Below are positions 1 through 11,500 of a DNA stretch of 64,000 nucleotides, piece after piece. Source of the DNA: Cyanophora paradoxa CCMP329. Its lineage: Eukaryota; Plantae; Glaucophyta. The notes under the pieces were generated by a model that was given only the letters and a program-made list of their open reading frames with translations, was not told the origin of the DNA and did no database searches. A program made the translations under genes and the position numbers. The stretch covers positions 1 through 64,000 of the forward strand of contig QPMI01000679.1 in the NCBI GenBank assembly GCA_004431415.1, in the 5' to 3' direction. How positions within the stretch are numbered: position 1 is the first letter of the stretch; each line of letters opens with the position of its first letter.

Positions 1-70
1 ACTAGCATGGCAGCGCAGCGCTGGCTAGGCTCGTAGCCCGCGGAGTTGGGCGGGCGGCTTCCGCTAGCCG

Positions 71-1875
71 CTAGCTGGCTAGCGGAGAGCACGGACCTCC
101 TCGTCCCAGGCGGCCCGAGGGTCCACAGCCCCCCGCACCGCCGCGCCCCGCGCCGCCGCCCGCGCCGCCTCCACCCGCCCCGCCGCCCCCTCCTCCCCCA
201 GGAATCCCGCCTGCGTGCGTGCAAACAGTTAGCTTTACTTCATCCTGGGCGGCGGGTGGCGGAGGGGGGTACGGGTACCTGGAGGAGCTCGCCGAGGATG
301 TCCACTCCGTTCTCCTGCATCGCCGCGTGCCCTGCCGCCGCCCTTGAGAACGAAGGGGGTACGGGGAAGGGATGCGGGAGGGGGGTACGCGCGCACCGGC
401 GCCGGGGAGGACGCGGCTCTGGGCGCTGGGGTACCGCCGCACGAGCAGCCGCGCCTCTGCCGTCGAAGGGAGCAGCAGGTCCCGCTCGCTGTGGGGGTTA
501 CAGGAAATTGAGGATTAGCCGGGAGTACCGGGTACGCGGATGGGAGGGGGACGGGGGGGGTACCTGGCGAGGACGAGCGTCGGCTGCTGCAGCTCGTGCG
601 GCTGCGGCAGCGAGAAGTCCTGCGGGGAGGGGGGGGGGAAGTCGGCCCCGGGTACGACCAGCGAAGGGGGGGTACGCGGGGCGGGCGGGCCTGGAGGAGG
701 GTGATGCGGTGCGCGAGGGTCGCGTTGGGGAGCACGCGCGGGAGGCGCATAAAGGACCGAATGGTCCGCACGGGGTCCCGACCCAGCTCCTGGGAGTACG
801 GGTTCAGACTAGAAGGGGGGTATGCATGCAAGGAAGCGCGCCTGGGGGCTGATGAGGATTGGGGTCATGGCGAGGGGTATGTTGTTGTAGACTTGCTCCG
901 GGAGGCGGGGAAGGGCCTGCCAGATCGCCGCCGTCGGCATGTCCCTGCGTGGGTTCGAACCGGGTCCCGAGCGTGCCAGAGCCGGGTACGCGCTCACTTG
1001 TACGAGGAGCCGGGGTTGAGGAGGAGGAGGCGATCGACGAGGGAGGGGTACGCGGCCGCGACGCGCATCGCGAGCGCCCCGCCGAAGCTCTCGCCGAAGA
1101 CGTAGACGGCCCGTGGGGGTACGGCCCCGTCCCGCTCGCGGCCGGCCTCGCGTTCGATCACGGCGCCCACGCCGGCGACGAGCTCGTCCCAGCCCGCGCG
1201 GCTCTCCACGGGGTACCGGATGCTCACCACGTCGAAGTATGTCTGCGGAGAGCGCAGTCAGAGGCGCGGCGGAGCGCGGCGGAGCGCGGCGCACGAAGAG
1301 GCTGCGCTGCGCGAAGCAGCTCTTGCCGGTGCCGTCGATTCCGGGGATGTAGAACAGCAGCGGCTTCGAGCTGCCCTTGTTCGGAATCGCGCGGAACGAC
1401 TCAATGGCCGGCACGCCCGCCGGCGCCGTCGCACGCGCCGCCGACGCGGCCGCGGCAGGCGCCGGAGTAGGCGCCGGAGTTGGAGCTCCAGCCGGGCGGG
1501 CAGCGCCGTTGCGCATGGCTCCCGGGACCGCAGCGGGGGCCTCCGGTGCCGCTTCGAAGGCCGCGTCGCTCTCGGCGACGAACACGGGGCGCGCGTGCCG
1601 GCGCACTCGGCCGTGCGGCCGTGCGGGCGCGGCCGTGCGGGCGCCATTGAAGGAGCTGTGCGAGGCACTGAGGGCAATTGGCCGGCGGCCAGCGCGCGCC
1701 TGGCCCGAGGGGCCTGCCGACGGCGCGCGTGAGACCAGGGGCCGCGCGCCGCGCGCCCGGCTAGTACCGACAGCTAGCGGGAGCGCATCGAAAGTGTGAG
1801 CAACGGCGCACCGAGGCCCAGGGCGAACGCCTGCATCGCTCTTGATTTTGGTGTACCCAGGGCGAACGCCTGCAT
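71..1875 (-). CDS. Plastid-targeted alpha/beta hydrolase resembling the N-terminal domain of phytyl-ester synthase/ELT proteins (multi-exon; 3' end approximate)
   Basis: Exons encode KPLLFYIPGIDGTG and VYVFGESFGGALAMRVAAAYPSLVDRLLLLNPGSS (GxSxG nucleophile elbow). N-terminus MQAFALG...SSFNG looks like a transit peptide. No acyltransferase domain seen. Confidence 0.75.
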
Positions 1876-1881
1876 CGCTCT
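1817..1881. repeat. Exact 26-bp direct repeat (39-bp period) duplicating the start codon of the hydrolase gene
   Basis: cccagggcgaacgcctgcatcgctct at 1817-1842 and 1856-1881; minus strand reads MQAFALG-TPKSRA-MQAFALG in frame. Confidence 0.9.
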
Positions 1882-1896
1882 CTTCAGCTTGACTTG

Positions 1897-2465
1897 ATGA
1901 AGCGGGTGCGAATTCCGGCCCGCCGGCCGCCCGCGCGCCCCGTCTGACGCCGCACAGGTCTACGTCGAATATTGGTTCGCCTTTCGCGCCTCGCGCTGCG
2001 CCTGCGACCGTCCTTGTTCACGCTCGCTCCCAGCCCGACGAGCGGATGCTCCGTTAAGTTCCACGAGCTCTGCGATGCTCTGCGGTGCTCTTTCGCGGCG
2101 ATTGGTTGCCCGATTTCGCGCGACGGCCGCGCGCAGGGACCGCAACGTCGTCGTTGTGGGGAACGCGAAACCGCCACGACGGGACGCATTCGAGGTGACA
2201 GACGAAGCGGGACATCTGCTCTACAGCAAGGTGCGTCTCAAAATTCGACAATTCTCCTTCGGGGCGGTCCGCGGCGCGGGTGCCTAACGACGCGCACGCG
2301 CAGCTTGCGAGGGCTGAGTTCCCGGATGTGACAGATCTGTGCCAGCGCATCATGACGGGAAGGCGGGACTCGGTCGTGGCGCGGGCCGCGGATCCGATGG
2401 AGCAAGAAGGCGGGGAGTCCGTCGAGACTGGCTCCCGCACCGCCGGCGCTGAGCACTCTGCCTAG
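1897..2465 (+). CDS. Rdx family (SelW/SelH/SelT-like) thioredoxin-fold protein, 5 exons
   Basis: Spliced product MKR|VYVEYC|PTSGCSVKFHELCDALR|DRNVVVVGNAKPPRRDAFEVTDEAGHLLYSK|LARAEFPDVTDLCQRI... matches the Rdx pattern V.IEYC...FEV...LYSKL...FP. All introns are GT-AG. Confidence 0.75.
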
Positions 2466-2861
2466 GCCTAGGCCTAGACGCCGACTTTGAAACAATTAAT
2501 CGAGTTCTAAATCTAGATGGCCGCGGCCGTGCTTTGAGAATGCAATAAAATCTGAGCTATCACGTACGGTACTCGACCAACAGCTGTAAAAATAAACGTG
2601 GGGGCTCATGCGATCAAGAGCAGTGAGTCTACAGCTGCAAGCCACATCCGATGGGCGAGATGCACGGGCGGGAAGAGCGAGCGGAGCTAGATGCAGAGCG
2701 GGAGTAGCGGGCGAGCAGGGCTCAGGTGCTTGCTCCGGATTCGCGTCCAAGAAAGCGGAGGGCGCGCGCTCCCACAGACAGGCCGCCGACGACCAGGGCC
2801 GCGGGAAAGGCCGAGGAAAGCCAGGGAAGAAGCTGGGAGCCGGGGTGACGTGGAGGCCTTC

Positions 2862-3593
2862 TCAGGAGTCACGGCGGGTGAGGCCGGATCCCGAGCCGCC
2901 GCCCGGATTGACAATGAGCCGCCCCGGGGGCGCCCGCATCGTGTTCCTCATGCGCCGATCGAACTCGATCACGTCCTGGGCCGCCGCGAGCGGCAGGCAG
3001 AAGCTGTACGCCAAGCAGTCGTTCACGATGTCGCCCTGAGGATCGCGAATCAAATACATACTCGACGACCGCTTCGAAAAGGAAGAGGGGCACCTTGATG
3101 GAGAACGTGTGGCGGAACTTCCTCCTAACGGAGGCGCCGTAGCCTGAGCAGCAGCGGGAGCGGCCCGGCGGGTCAGCTGCAGGCGGGGGAGCGGGCCAAG
3201 CTGAAGGCTTCGGGCTCGAGGGGCGCGGGCGGACAGCAGGGGAGGCAGACGCAGGCGAAGCAGACGCTGCAGCAGAGCACCTCGCCACGCGGCGCCAGGT
3301 CCCTCTCCAGCTTCCCTGCGGCGTGTGAGCACCTGCATCTGCAGCTGGAAATCGATCGGAGGCCGCGGCCGCGCACCGATGACGTAGCATGGGCAGAGGC
3401 AGGCCAGCGACGCCGTCTTCGGGGAGGTGCAGCAGTCGGTGAGCTCGGTCTCGTACTCCTGCGGGCCCGGCCGGCTCGAGCGCGAGCGAGAGAGTAAAAA
3501 ACGAGCGGCAGGCCTAGGCACCTCGACGCCGACGTCGATGCCCTCGAAATCGTTGTTGTCGGAGACGAAGACAGATGCGAACTGCGCTGCCAT
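2862..3593 (-). CDS. PLAC8 / Cys-rich (DUF614) family protein
   Basis: Exons EYETELTDCCTSPKTASLACLCPCYVIG ... RRKFRHTFSIK|GDIVNDCLAYSFCLPLAAAQD match the PLAC8 consensus. Confidence 0.85.
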   Translation of the reverse strand: MAAQFASVFVSDNNDFEGIDVGVEVPRPAARFLLSRSRSSRPGPQEYETELTDCCTSPKTASLACLCPCYVIGARPRPPIDFQLQMQVLTRRREAGEGPGAAWRGALLQRLLRLRLPPLLSARAPRARSLQLGPLPRLQLTRRAAPAAAQATAPPLGGSSATRSPSRCPSSFSKRSSSMYLIRDPQGDIVNDCLAYSFCLPLAAAQDVIEFDRRMRNTMRAPPGRLIVNPGGGSGSGLTRRDS

Positions 3594-3946
3594 GCCAGGC
3601 GGCTGGCCCGCAGGGGCAAGCTAAGCTGCACGCTGGTGACGAGCTGGCTCAAGCGCGCATCCGGCTCTGCATCTGCACGGGCGCATCAGCAAACGAAGCA
3701 GAGGCCGACAGCGAGGCAGCGATCCCGCGTACGCCGGGGTTTTCGAGGCGAGGTTGCTGAAGCGCTCGCTGTTCGTGTGACGCTTGTGCCGGGAGCGCTC
3801 GGTCGAAGCGCTCGTACCCTACACAGCCGCTAGGCAGAGTCTACGCCGTCAGATTCAGGCGAAGCGACCCTTGAAGCGACTTTAAGCGAGTCGTCCGGGG
3901 TAGAGGGTGAATTGGGCGGCTTCGTGGCGCTGCTGCAGCCGGGAAA

Positions 3947-5885
3947 ATGAGCTTCTGCGCGGTTCCCCCCGCCTCGATGGCTGCCCAAGGCGGTGCGGGA
4001 GCCCTCCGATCGCCTCCGGCGACGCGCCTCTTCAGATTCTTCCTGATCTCGCCGCAGCAGTGCGGGCCCTTCGAAATCACACGCTGCGTGCCACATGCGC
4101 GCAGCTTTCATTAGCTGCAGCATCGTACGTGGCCGCCCCTGCCCCCCCGAGCGCTGCCCGGCGAGCCCGACACACCACGCCCAGGCCTGCCCAGCTGCAG
4201 CCCCGTGTCACGCACGCGTCCCGGCGATTCTTCTCGGGAACCCTGCGCTTGGAGGCACTGTCCTCGGATCGCAGCTTCGGACTCGCGGGATCGGCCGGCC
4301 CGCGGGCCGCGTACGACGATGAGGAGGAGAGCAGGCCCGATGACCGGCGCACCGGCTACGGCCCGCCGGGACGCGATCGGGACTCTTTCGGGGACCGGCG
4401 CTACGGTTCAAGACCGCGTAGCGACTCGTACGAGCGCGGCCCGCCGCGCCGGCCGGGCGGGTGGGGCCAGCGCGACTCGTACCAGCGGGACTCGTACAGC
4501 CGCCCCCCGCGCTTCGGCGAGGAGGAGGGCGACGAGCGGCGGCCGCCGCCGCGCGACCGCTTCGCCGACCGCGGCTCGTACGGCGGGGCGCGGCGCCCGG
4601 CCGGCGACGGCTGGCGGGGCGCCCGGGCGGCGCGGGCGGCGCTAGCGCCGGCGGCTGGCGGCCGCGGGGCGACGTCGACGATCGCGCGGTGGCCGATGAG
4701 GAGGGCGGCGCCCGTGACGATGCGTACGCCCCCGGGACTACGGAGCCCGGCGCGGCGGCTACGGCGGCGGCTACGGGGCCGGCCGGGGGCGGCGCGGGGG
4801 CGAGGAGACGGAGCGGGCGGACACGTACGAGGAGGCGCGGATCCGGCTGCGGCGGGCCGAGCGGCGGCGCGTGCCGCGGCCCCGCTGGGAGGAGCGCGAG
4901 CGCGAGGAGGGCGGCGAGGCGGAGCAGGAGGAGGAGCAGGAGGCGGGGGGTCCCCTGCGGCTGGACCCCTGGCGCGAGGTGCGGCGCGGGCCGCGGGGCG
5001 CCGGCGGCGGCGGGCGCCGGCGGGGGGGCGAGGAGGGCGAGGAGGAAAGGGAGGAGGGCGAGTTCCGCAGCGGCGACGCCGTCGACGTCGAGATCATCGA
5101 GGTGTGAAATGACGCGATCACTCTGCGCCTTGCTTCGACCATTCCCACACCCCGGTCTTTCGATCCGGCCAGTTTACGCGCCTCGGGGTCCGGGTGCTCG
5201 TCAACGGAACCGCCGACGGCCTCATCTTCGACAGCGACGTCCAGCGGTGCGGTCGTACCCCCCTCCTGGACCCCGCACCCCCTGCTGAAGCCCCGGCAGA
5301 GGCGACCTGCGCGTTGGGGACACGATGAAGGGGTACGTGAGGATGGCGCGACCCGACGGGAAGCTCGACATCTCGCTCCGCAAGCCGGGGTACGGCCGCT
5401 GGTTTCCATCCCGCCGCAGTACCCTCTGAGCCCGCCGCAGGCTCGCTGGGGTCCTGGACGCCACGCGCGCCGTGCGCCCGCCCGCGTACCCCCATTCCTT
5501 CGTCCCAATCAGTATCCATGTACCCCCGTACCCGCAGATCCTGGCTGTGCTGAAGGATGCGGGGGGCGAGCTGCCGTACGGCGACGACTCTACCCCCGAG
5601 GAGGTGCGGCCACCCTGCTACCACGCTGTACCCCCCTAACCGCTCACCCGCACGCAGGTGAAGCGCGTCTTCGCGATGAGCAAGGTCGTGTTCAAGCGGG
5701 TGTGCCGTACCCCCCCCTGCGCTTCGCCCCCCCTCCACCTCCGACTCGGCTGCAGGCGCTGGGGAACCTGTGGAAGGAGGGGCGCATCGAGTGGACCGAC
5801 GACGGCGGCATCCGCCTCGTACCCCCCCGCGAGCGGGACCCGCGCCCTTAAGCTTGAGCCCGCGGCCGGAGAGGGCGCCCCTTAA
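3947..5885 (+). CDS. CvfB/YitL-like S1 + winged-helix RNA-binding protein with long Arg/Gly/Asp-rich N-terminus, probably plastid-targeted
   Basis: C-terminal exons LRVGDTMKGYVRMARPDGKLDISLRKPGY ... ILAVLKDAGGELPYGDDSTPEE|VKRVFAMSKVVFKR|ALGNLWKEGRI match the CvfB C-terminus. Putative start MSFCAV with a Ser/Ala-rich leader. Apparent frameshifts in the GC-rich middle. Confidence 0.8.
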
Positions 5886-6086
5886 GCTACTCTGTTGCGC
5901 TCCCACCTCGGCTCGCTTGTGTGCCACTTCATATATAGTACTAATTGATTGAATTACCCCTACATATGCACCTGTGTACCTTGTAGGTAAGCTACGTATC
6001 AAAAGAGCTGGACACCGAAGTCTATCTAGCTTAGGACGTGCGATGGAAAGATAGCATAAAAAGGCATTCGTACAGGGCCGCCCCTC

Positions 6087-8363
6087 TCAGCCGACGACGA
6101 CGCCGGCGGACTCGAGGGCGCGGGCGAGGGAGGCGCGCCGGAAGACGGGGGGCGGCGGGGCCGCCCGCGCCCCGGGCGGGACGTCGGCGTCGGGCGGCGG
6201 GGACGGGCTGCCGAGGTCGGAGCCGGGGCCGACGTCGCTGGGGAGGCGGCGGGAAGGGACGGCGGCGAGGCGGCGCTGGACTAGCTCGGCGAGCGTGCGG
6301 GCGATCTCGAAGTGGGCGTGCTGCGCCCGCGCGATGCTCGCCTCCTGGAAGGCCGACGCGCGCGCGAAGGCGTCCATCCAGAGCGGGTTGCACGCCAGCG
6401 AGCGCATCGGGACGAGCTCGTCGTGGCGCAGGCCGGCGACCACGCGCCCCGCCGCCCCGTCGAGCTGCTGCAGCGTCCGCATGAAGTCCATCTGGCCCTC
6501 CAGGAGCCGCCGGCGCTCGGCGGCCTGCTTGGCGGCGATGACGGCCTTCTTGCGGCCGACCATGCGCTGCCGCATGGCGTGGAGGCGGTCGACCTCCTGG
6601 CTCTGGGCCTCGTCCAGGTTCTCCACGACGATGCCGATGAAGAGATTCGTGAAGACGAAGTGGCCGACGGCGATGTACGCGATCGCAAAGAAGCGCGCCG
6701 CGTAGTTGCCCGCCTCCTCCATAGGCTCCACGAAGGCGCCCCAGTTGTCCGCCGTCGTCCAGTCGAAGAGCGAGAAGAGCGCGTTGGGAAGGGAATTCCA
6801 GTAAGAAGTCTTCGTCTCCTGGTCCCCGAAGAACTGCGCCCGCCCGCCCGCGCGCCCGCGTGAGGACGGAAGAAGGAAGGAAAGGAAGAGAGGGGCGAGA
6901 GAGGAAGAAAGCGCGCACGTTGAAGGCCATGATAGCGAAGACGTACATGATAAGGAAGAGCAGGATGAGCAGGTGCACAGCGCTCTGCATCGTCTTCACG
7001 ATCGCTGCGAGCCGCCGGCGCGCGCGTGAGCGAAGCAAGGCGAAGCAGACAGGCAGACAGACAGAGAGTGCACGGACCGGATATGAAGACCTGGAGGGGT
7101 TCGACGAAGGAGATGCCTCTGAGTGCGCGGAGGGCGCGCAGGCCTGCGGGGGGAGGGGCGCCGTGAGACGAGGGAGGAAGGAGGGGGCAGGGCGGGGGCG
7201 GGGGCGGGGGCAGGCCTCGGAGGACGCGGAGGAATTTGACGTTCCCGATGGAGGAGAAGAGGCCGGGGAGGAAGAACTGGATCAGATCCAGGTACGAGAG
7301 CGAGAGGATGCAGAGCTGCGCGGAGGAACCGGATCGGACACGGGTCAGAGCGGGCGGGCGCGGCGCGGCGCACGTCGAATCGGTTGTAGCCGCTGGACCA
7401 GTATCCTGCGAGGCGGAGGATGAGGCGGGGAAGGGCGCGCTGGGGCTCGGGGCCCGGGGAGGAGCGGCGGGCCTTTGGGCCAGACGTAGAGCTTGATGAC
7501 GAACTCGGCGGTGTATACTACAAGGGAGACCAGATCCAGAGTGATGAAGAACGTCTGGTTCGACTCCGCGAACTTCTTGTCGGTCTCCATCGCCATGCTG
7601 ATCATGTTGACCTGCGCGGCGCGTGCGCGCTTGAGCGGGCGGAATGCGGCGGGACGGCTGGAGCGATGCGGGGGATGGTGATAGAAGATAGAGAGTTCTC
7701 TAGGCCGGAAAAGAGGCGCCGTAGCTAAGGATGAATGCGGCTAGGGTCGCGCTGCTTTCAAGGCGGCGCGCTGCGGATGGGCGCTTGGGCGCCAGAGCGA
7801 ACTCACCAGAATGGTGCACATGACCACCGACTCGAAGCTCTTGTGCTGCGCAGGCGCCCGGGGGCTAAGCGGTCGCACACGGGGCCAGACCAGGATAGCA
7901 GATATGGGGCTGCTTGCTTGCGGGGAGGGGCACCTCTGCAACAAAGTGCATGAAACGGTGCAGCCCGCTCCTGCACACCGGTCAACAAGAGGTCGCGAAC
8001 CACCATGCCTGAAACAGCACCAGACCTGAAGCGAACTATGTCGGCGTTCCGCCTGCGCCGCCGCCGCTTGCGGCCCTCATCCTGCTCCGCAGCTTTCGCA
8101 CGATCTACAGCTTCGTCTCCAGCGGTGTAGGTGGTGTATGCCTCGCCAGAGACGCCGGTCCTCCCAGTTCTGCCACTCCACTCACTACCACTGTAGACGG
8201 ACTCGCTGAACACGCTGCCCGCTGATCCTCTGCGCCCTCCCCGCGCGCTAGGGGCGGGCGGGTTGAGGCGCCCGCTCGCAGCTCCGTTCGCAAGGGGTTT
8301 GCGGGGCGGCGGAGCCTCGCGGGCTGACCGCAGCTCGCCTGTCTCCTTTGCTGCCGGAGCCAT
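6087..8363 (-). CDS. CATSPER3: CatSper3-like 6-TM cation channel alpha subunit
   Basis: S2 AEFVIKLY, S4 FLRVLR|GLRALRALR, pore FDWTTADNW, S6 FVFTNLFIGIVVENL. The tail RKKAVIAAKQ...LRHDELVPM...QEASIARAQHAHFEIARTL resembles the CatSper3 C-terminus. Confidence 0.8.
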
Positions 8364-8531
8364 CCCAGCGCAGGATGCCGCTACCTGTCAAGGCCGCCCA
8401 CCATGTTCTGCGTCTGCCTCTACCCCTCCTGCCAAGGTCCCCCCCCCCAGTCCGATCGGCCGGTGCGTTCGATCGTTCGATCAGTCCGCGCCGGTGTGCT
8501 AGCTCAGCAGGACCGAGATCTGTTCGTGGCG

Positions 8532-11500
8532 ATGGAGCAGCGGGCCTCGCCGCCGGTCCCTGTGCCGGGCCGGTCGGCCGTCCTACCTCCGCTCGTGCGC
8601 TCCTGGCCCGCCAGCGAAGCTGGCGCTGCTCACGCGGCGCGCGAAAGGACGTAAACCCTGGGTCGACTGATGGGGAGCCGTCTCCCTCCCCGTCGCCATC
8701 TCCTGCGTCCACGCCTTCCAGGCACGGGTCCTCGCTCGGCCGGTTCGGCAGCTCGGTCAAGAGCAAGAAGTGGGTTGCGTTGTACCAAAAGGGTTCGAAC
8801 CTGTCGCGTTCTGCCCCCCCTGGCGCTCGGCTAGGCCTACGCAGTCGCTGACCGCTCCGCACGTCATCCGCGCGCGCAGCGGCGGCCAAGTCCGATCCGT
8901 ACAGTGACTTCGATATTGAGCATATTCCGGCAGAGACCGCGGTGCGCTCCCCCTTCGTGTGAACACTTCACGCAACCGCTGCCGCTGACCGGTTGGGCCG
9001 TTGGGATTAGATCCGGCACTTCTACGGTCGGCCCCTTTGCCCGCCGATCCCGACCCCAGCCCCCTCTGACGCGCACCTCTGTCCCGCACAGACCCTCAGA
9101 AGAACGAGTGGTGAGCGGGACCCGCGGGGCGGCGCCCTCCCCTCCCCTCCCCACTCTCGCACCCCCCGACCGACGCCTTCGGGTCCGGTCGGACCGGCGC
9201 AGGCGGCAGAGCGTGACAAAGATCAAATTGGAGCCGAAGGCGTTCGGCAAGGGCGCCATGCGGAGTGCGTCGGGCCCCGGCCGGCGCCGGCGCGCGGCCG
9301 AGCGGGGCGGCGCGCAGGCTGCTACCGGATGAAGAAGCTGAGCAACTGGGTGCACGAGGAGAGCTGGCTGCACGCCTCCGACTACGTCGCCAAGTGCTAC
9401 ACCAAGACCCAGGCCCGCCGCCCCGCCGCCCGCGCCCCGCCCGCCCCGGCCTGACCCCGGCGGGTACGCGGCAGGACCCGGAGGTGAACCGGACGCTGTG
9501 CCTGACGGACATCAAGGCGCAGCAGACGGCCAAGCTCTTCGCCGAGCTCTACAACAAGGCGCACCCCCCCAAGGCCATCGACATGATGCAGGTCTACCCC
9601 CTCACTTCTTCTCCCCCCCCCCCCGCTTCGTTCTCAGGTGCGGGCAGGTATTCGGGGTGGAGCTGACGGACCGGCCGGGGAACCCGTTCTACTGCGTGGA
9701 GCGCTACCTGGAGGGGGAGTACATCAAGTACAACTCGAACGTGGGGTACACGGACGAGCGGCGGAACACGCCGCAGGCCTTCTCGCACTTCACCTTCGAA
9801 AAGTCGGGCGGCCGCCTCCTTGTCGTCGACATCCAGGGCGTCGGCGATCTCTACACGGATCCACAGGCTCGAACCCCGCCGGGGCCCCTTTCGGGGGGCG
9901 CCAAACCGAGCGGGGCGGGGCGGCAGATCCACAGCTACTGCGAGCCGGAGGAGTTCGGGGAGGGGAACCTCGGGATCCGCGGCTAGTGCGCGCGTACCCC
10001 CCCCTTCCCCGGCCCCGGATCGAACCCGACGCGGTGTGGGGGAAGCGTGTACTTCTTCCACACGCACAAGTGCAACCACATCTGCGAGCACCTCGGCCTG
10101 AAGCCGTTCGAGCACTACCCGGGGGAGCTGAACGTGACGATGTCGGCGGGGGAGCACTCGACGACGGCGTGGCGCTCGGCGGTGCACTTCGCGCAGACGA
10201 TGCGGCAGCGCGCCTCGGCCCTCGGCCAGACCGTCTCCCGCAGGCTCCACTCCCTTATGGAGGGGCCAGGTCCGTTGCCCCCGCCCTCCCGCCCTCCCGG
10301 CCCGCCCGGCCGCGCCTTCCGACGCCGCCGCCGCCGCCGCCGCCGCAGCGACGGCGGGCGAGCGGCCGGCGCCGCTCGCGCTGCCGATCTCGGTCGCGCC
10401 GCCGACGAAGCGGAACAGCAACGGGGCCCGCTCCGGTTCCGTGCCCAAGTCGGCGGCGGGGGCGGCGCCTGCGGCGGCGGAGGCGGCGGCGGGGGCGCTG
10501 CCGGCCGCGCCGGCGAAGCCGCCCACGCACCACTCGCCCTTCCACAAGGGCCTCATCTGCGTCGGCATCCTCACCGGCGCGCCCCCTACGCTCCCTCCGC
10601 CCCGGCCCCGACCTCCCTCCTGAGGCGCGGCCGGGCGGGGCGGGGCAGACATGCTGCAGGGGCTCGCGGCGGAGCACCGGCTGCGGGGCCGGCTGCAGGC
10701 GGCGGCGGACGAGGTCAAGAGCATCCTCGAGGAGCTCACGCGCGACGTCCGCCCGCCCGCCCGCCCGCCCGCCCGACCTCCTTGTCCTTCCGGGGCGGGC
10801 CCGCCTCACTCAGTCTTCTGCAGGACGAGCCGGCGGCGGCGGCGGCCGAGGCGGCCGCGACGGCGGCGGCAGCGGCGGCGGCGGCGGGCAGCTCGTCGCC
10901 GCCGAAGGGGGCGGCGGGGGCGGCAGGGGCGGCCGCGCCGGCGGCGGGGGCGGGACAGTCGGCGCTGGCGGCGATGATCGCGGCGAGCCGGGATGCGGGG
11001 GGCGCGGCGTCGCCGCCGCCGGACGCGAGCTCAGACGCGACGTCGAACGCGTCGGCGTCGGTCTCGCGGAGCGACCTGGGGGCCGTCGTGCTGCCCCCCA
11101 ACTCGCCCTACGCCGAGCGCCTCCTCCCGGACGGCTCCCCCGCCCTCCACGGCCACCCCGCCCCCCACCACACCCTCCCCCAGGCCCGCCCGCCCGCCCC
11201 GCCCCCCTCTTCCCTTCCCGCCGCGCCCTCTCACCCCGTACTCCCCTTCCTCAGGTCCTGGGCCTCGTGCACCGGCAGCTCGCCCTCATGTACGACGTGC
11301 GCCGTACCCCCCTCCCGGTGTTCCCCCCCTTTCCCCACCAGCTCCCCGCAGAGCGAGGCCCAGAACCCGAACTTCGTTCGCCCGGCCGACGACGCCCTCC
11401 CCAAGGCCGTCATCTTCCACTACGGTGCGGTACCCCCCGGCGGGGCCGCCCCCCGTCCCTCCCGACGCCCCCCGCAGAGAAGGCGGCGGAGTACGGGTGC

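Noticed and set aside
1959-2600. Selenoprotein with SECIS
   Set aside because: No in-frame TGA at the active site in the spliced model.
4615-4880. Programmed frameshift in the CvfB-like gene
   Set aside because: Frame changes fall in G/C runs, so sequencing indels or an unrecognised intron are more likely.
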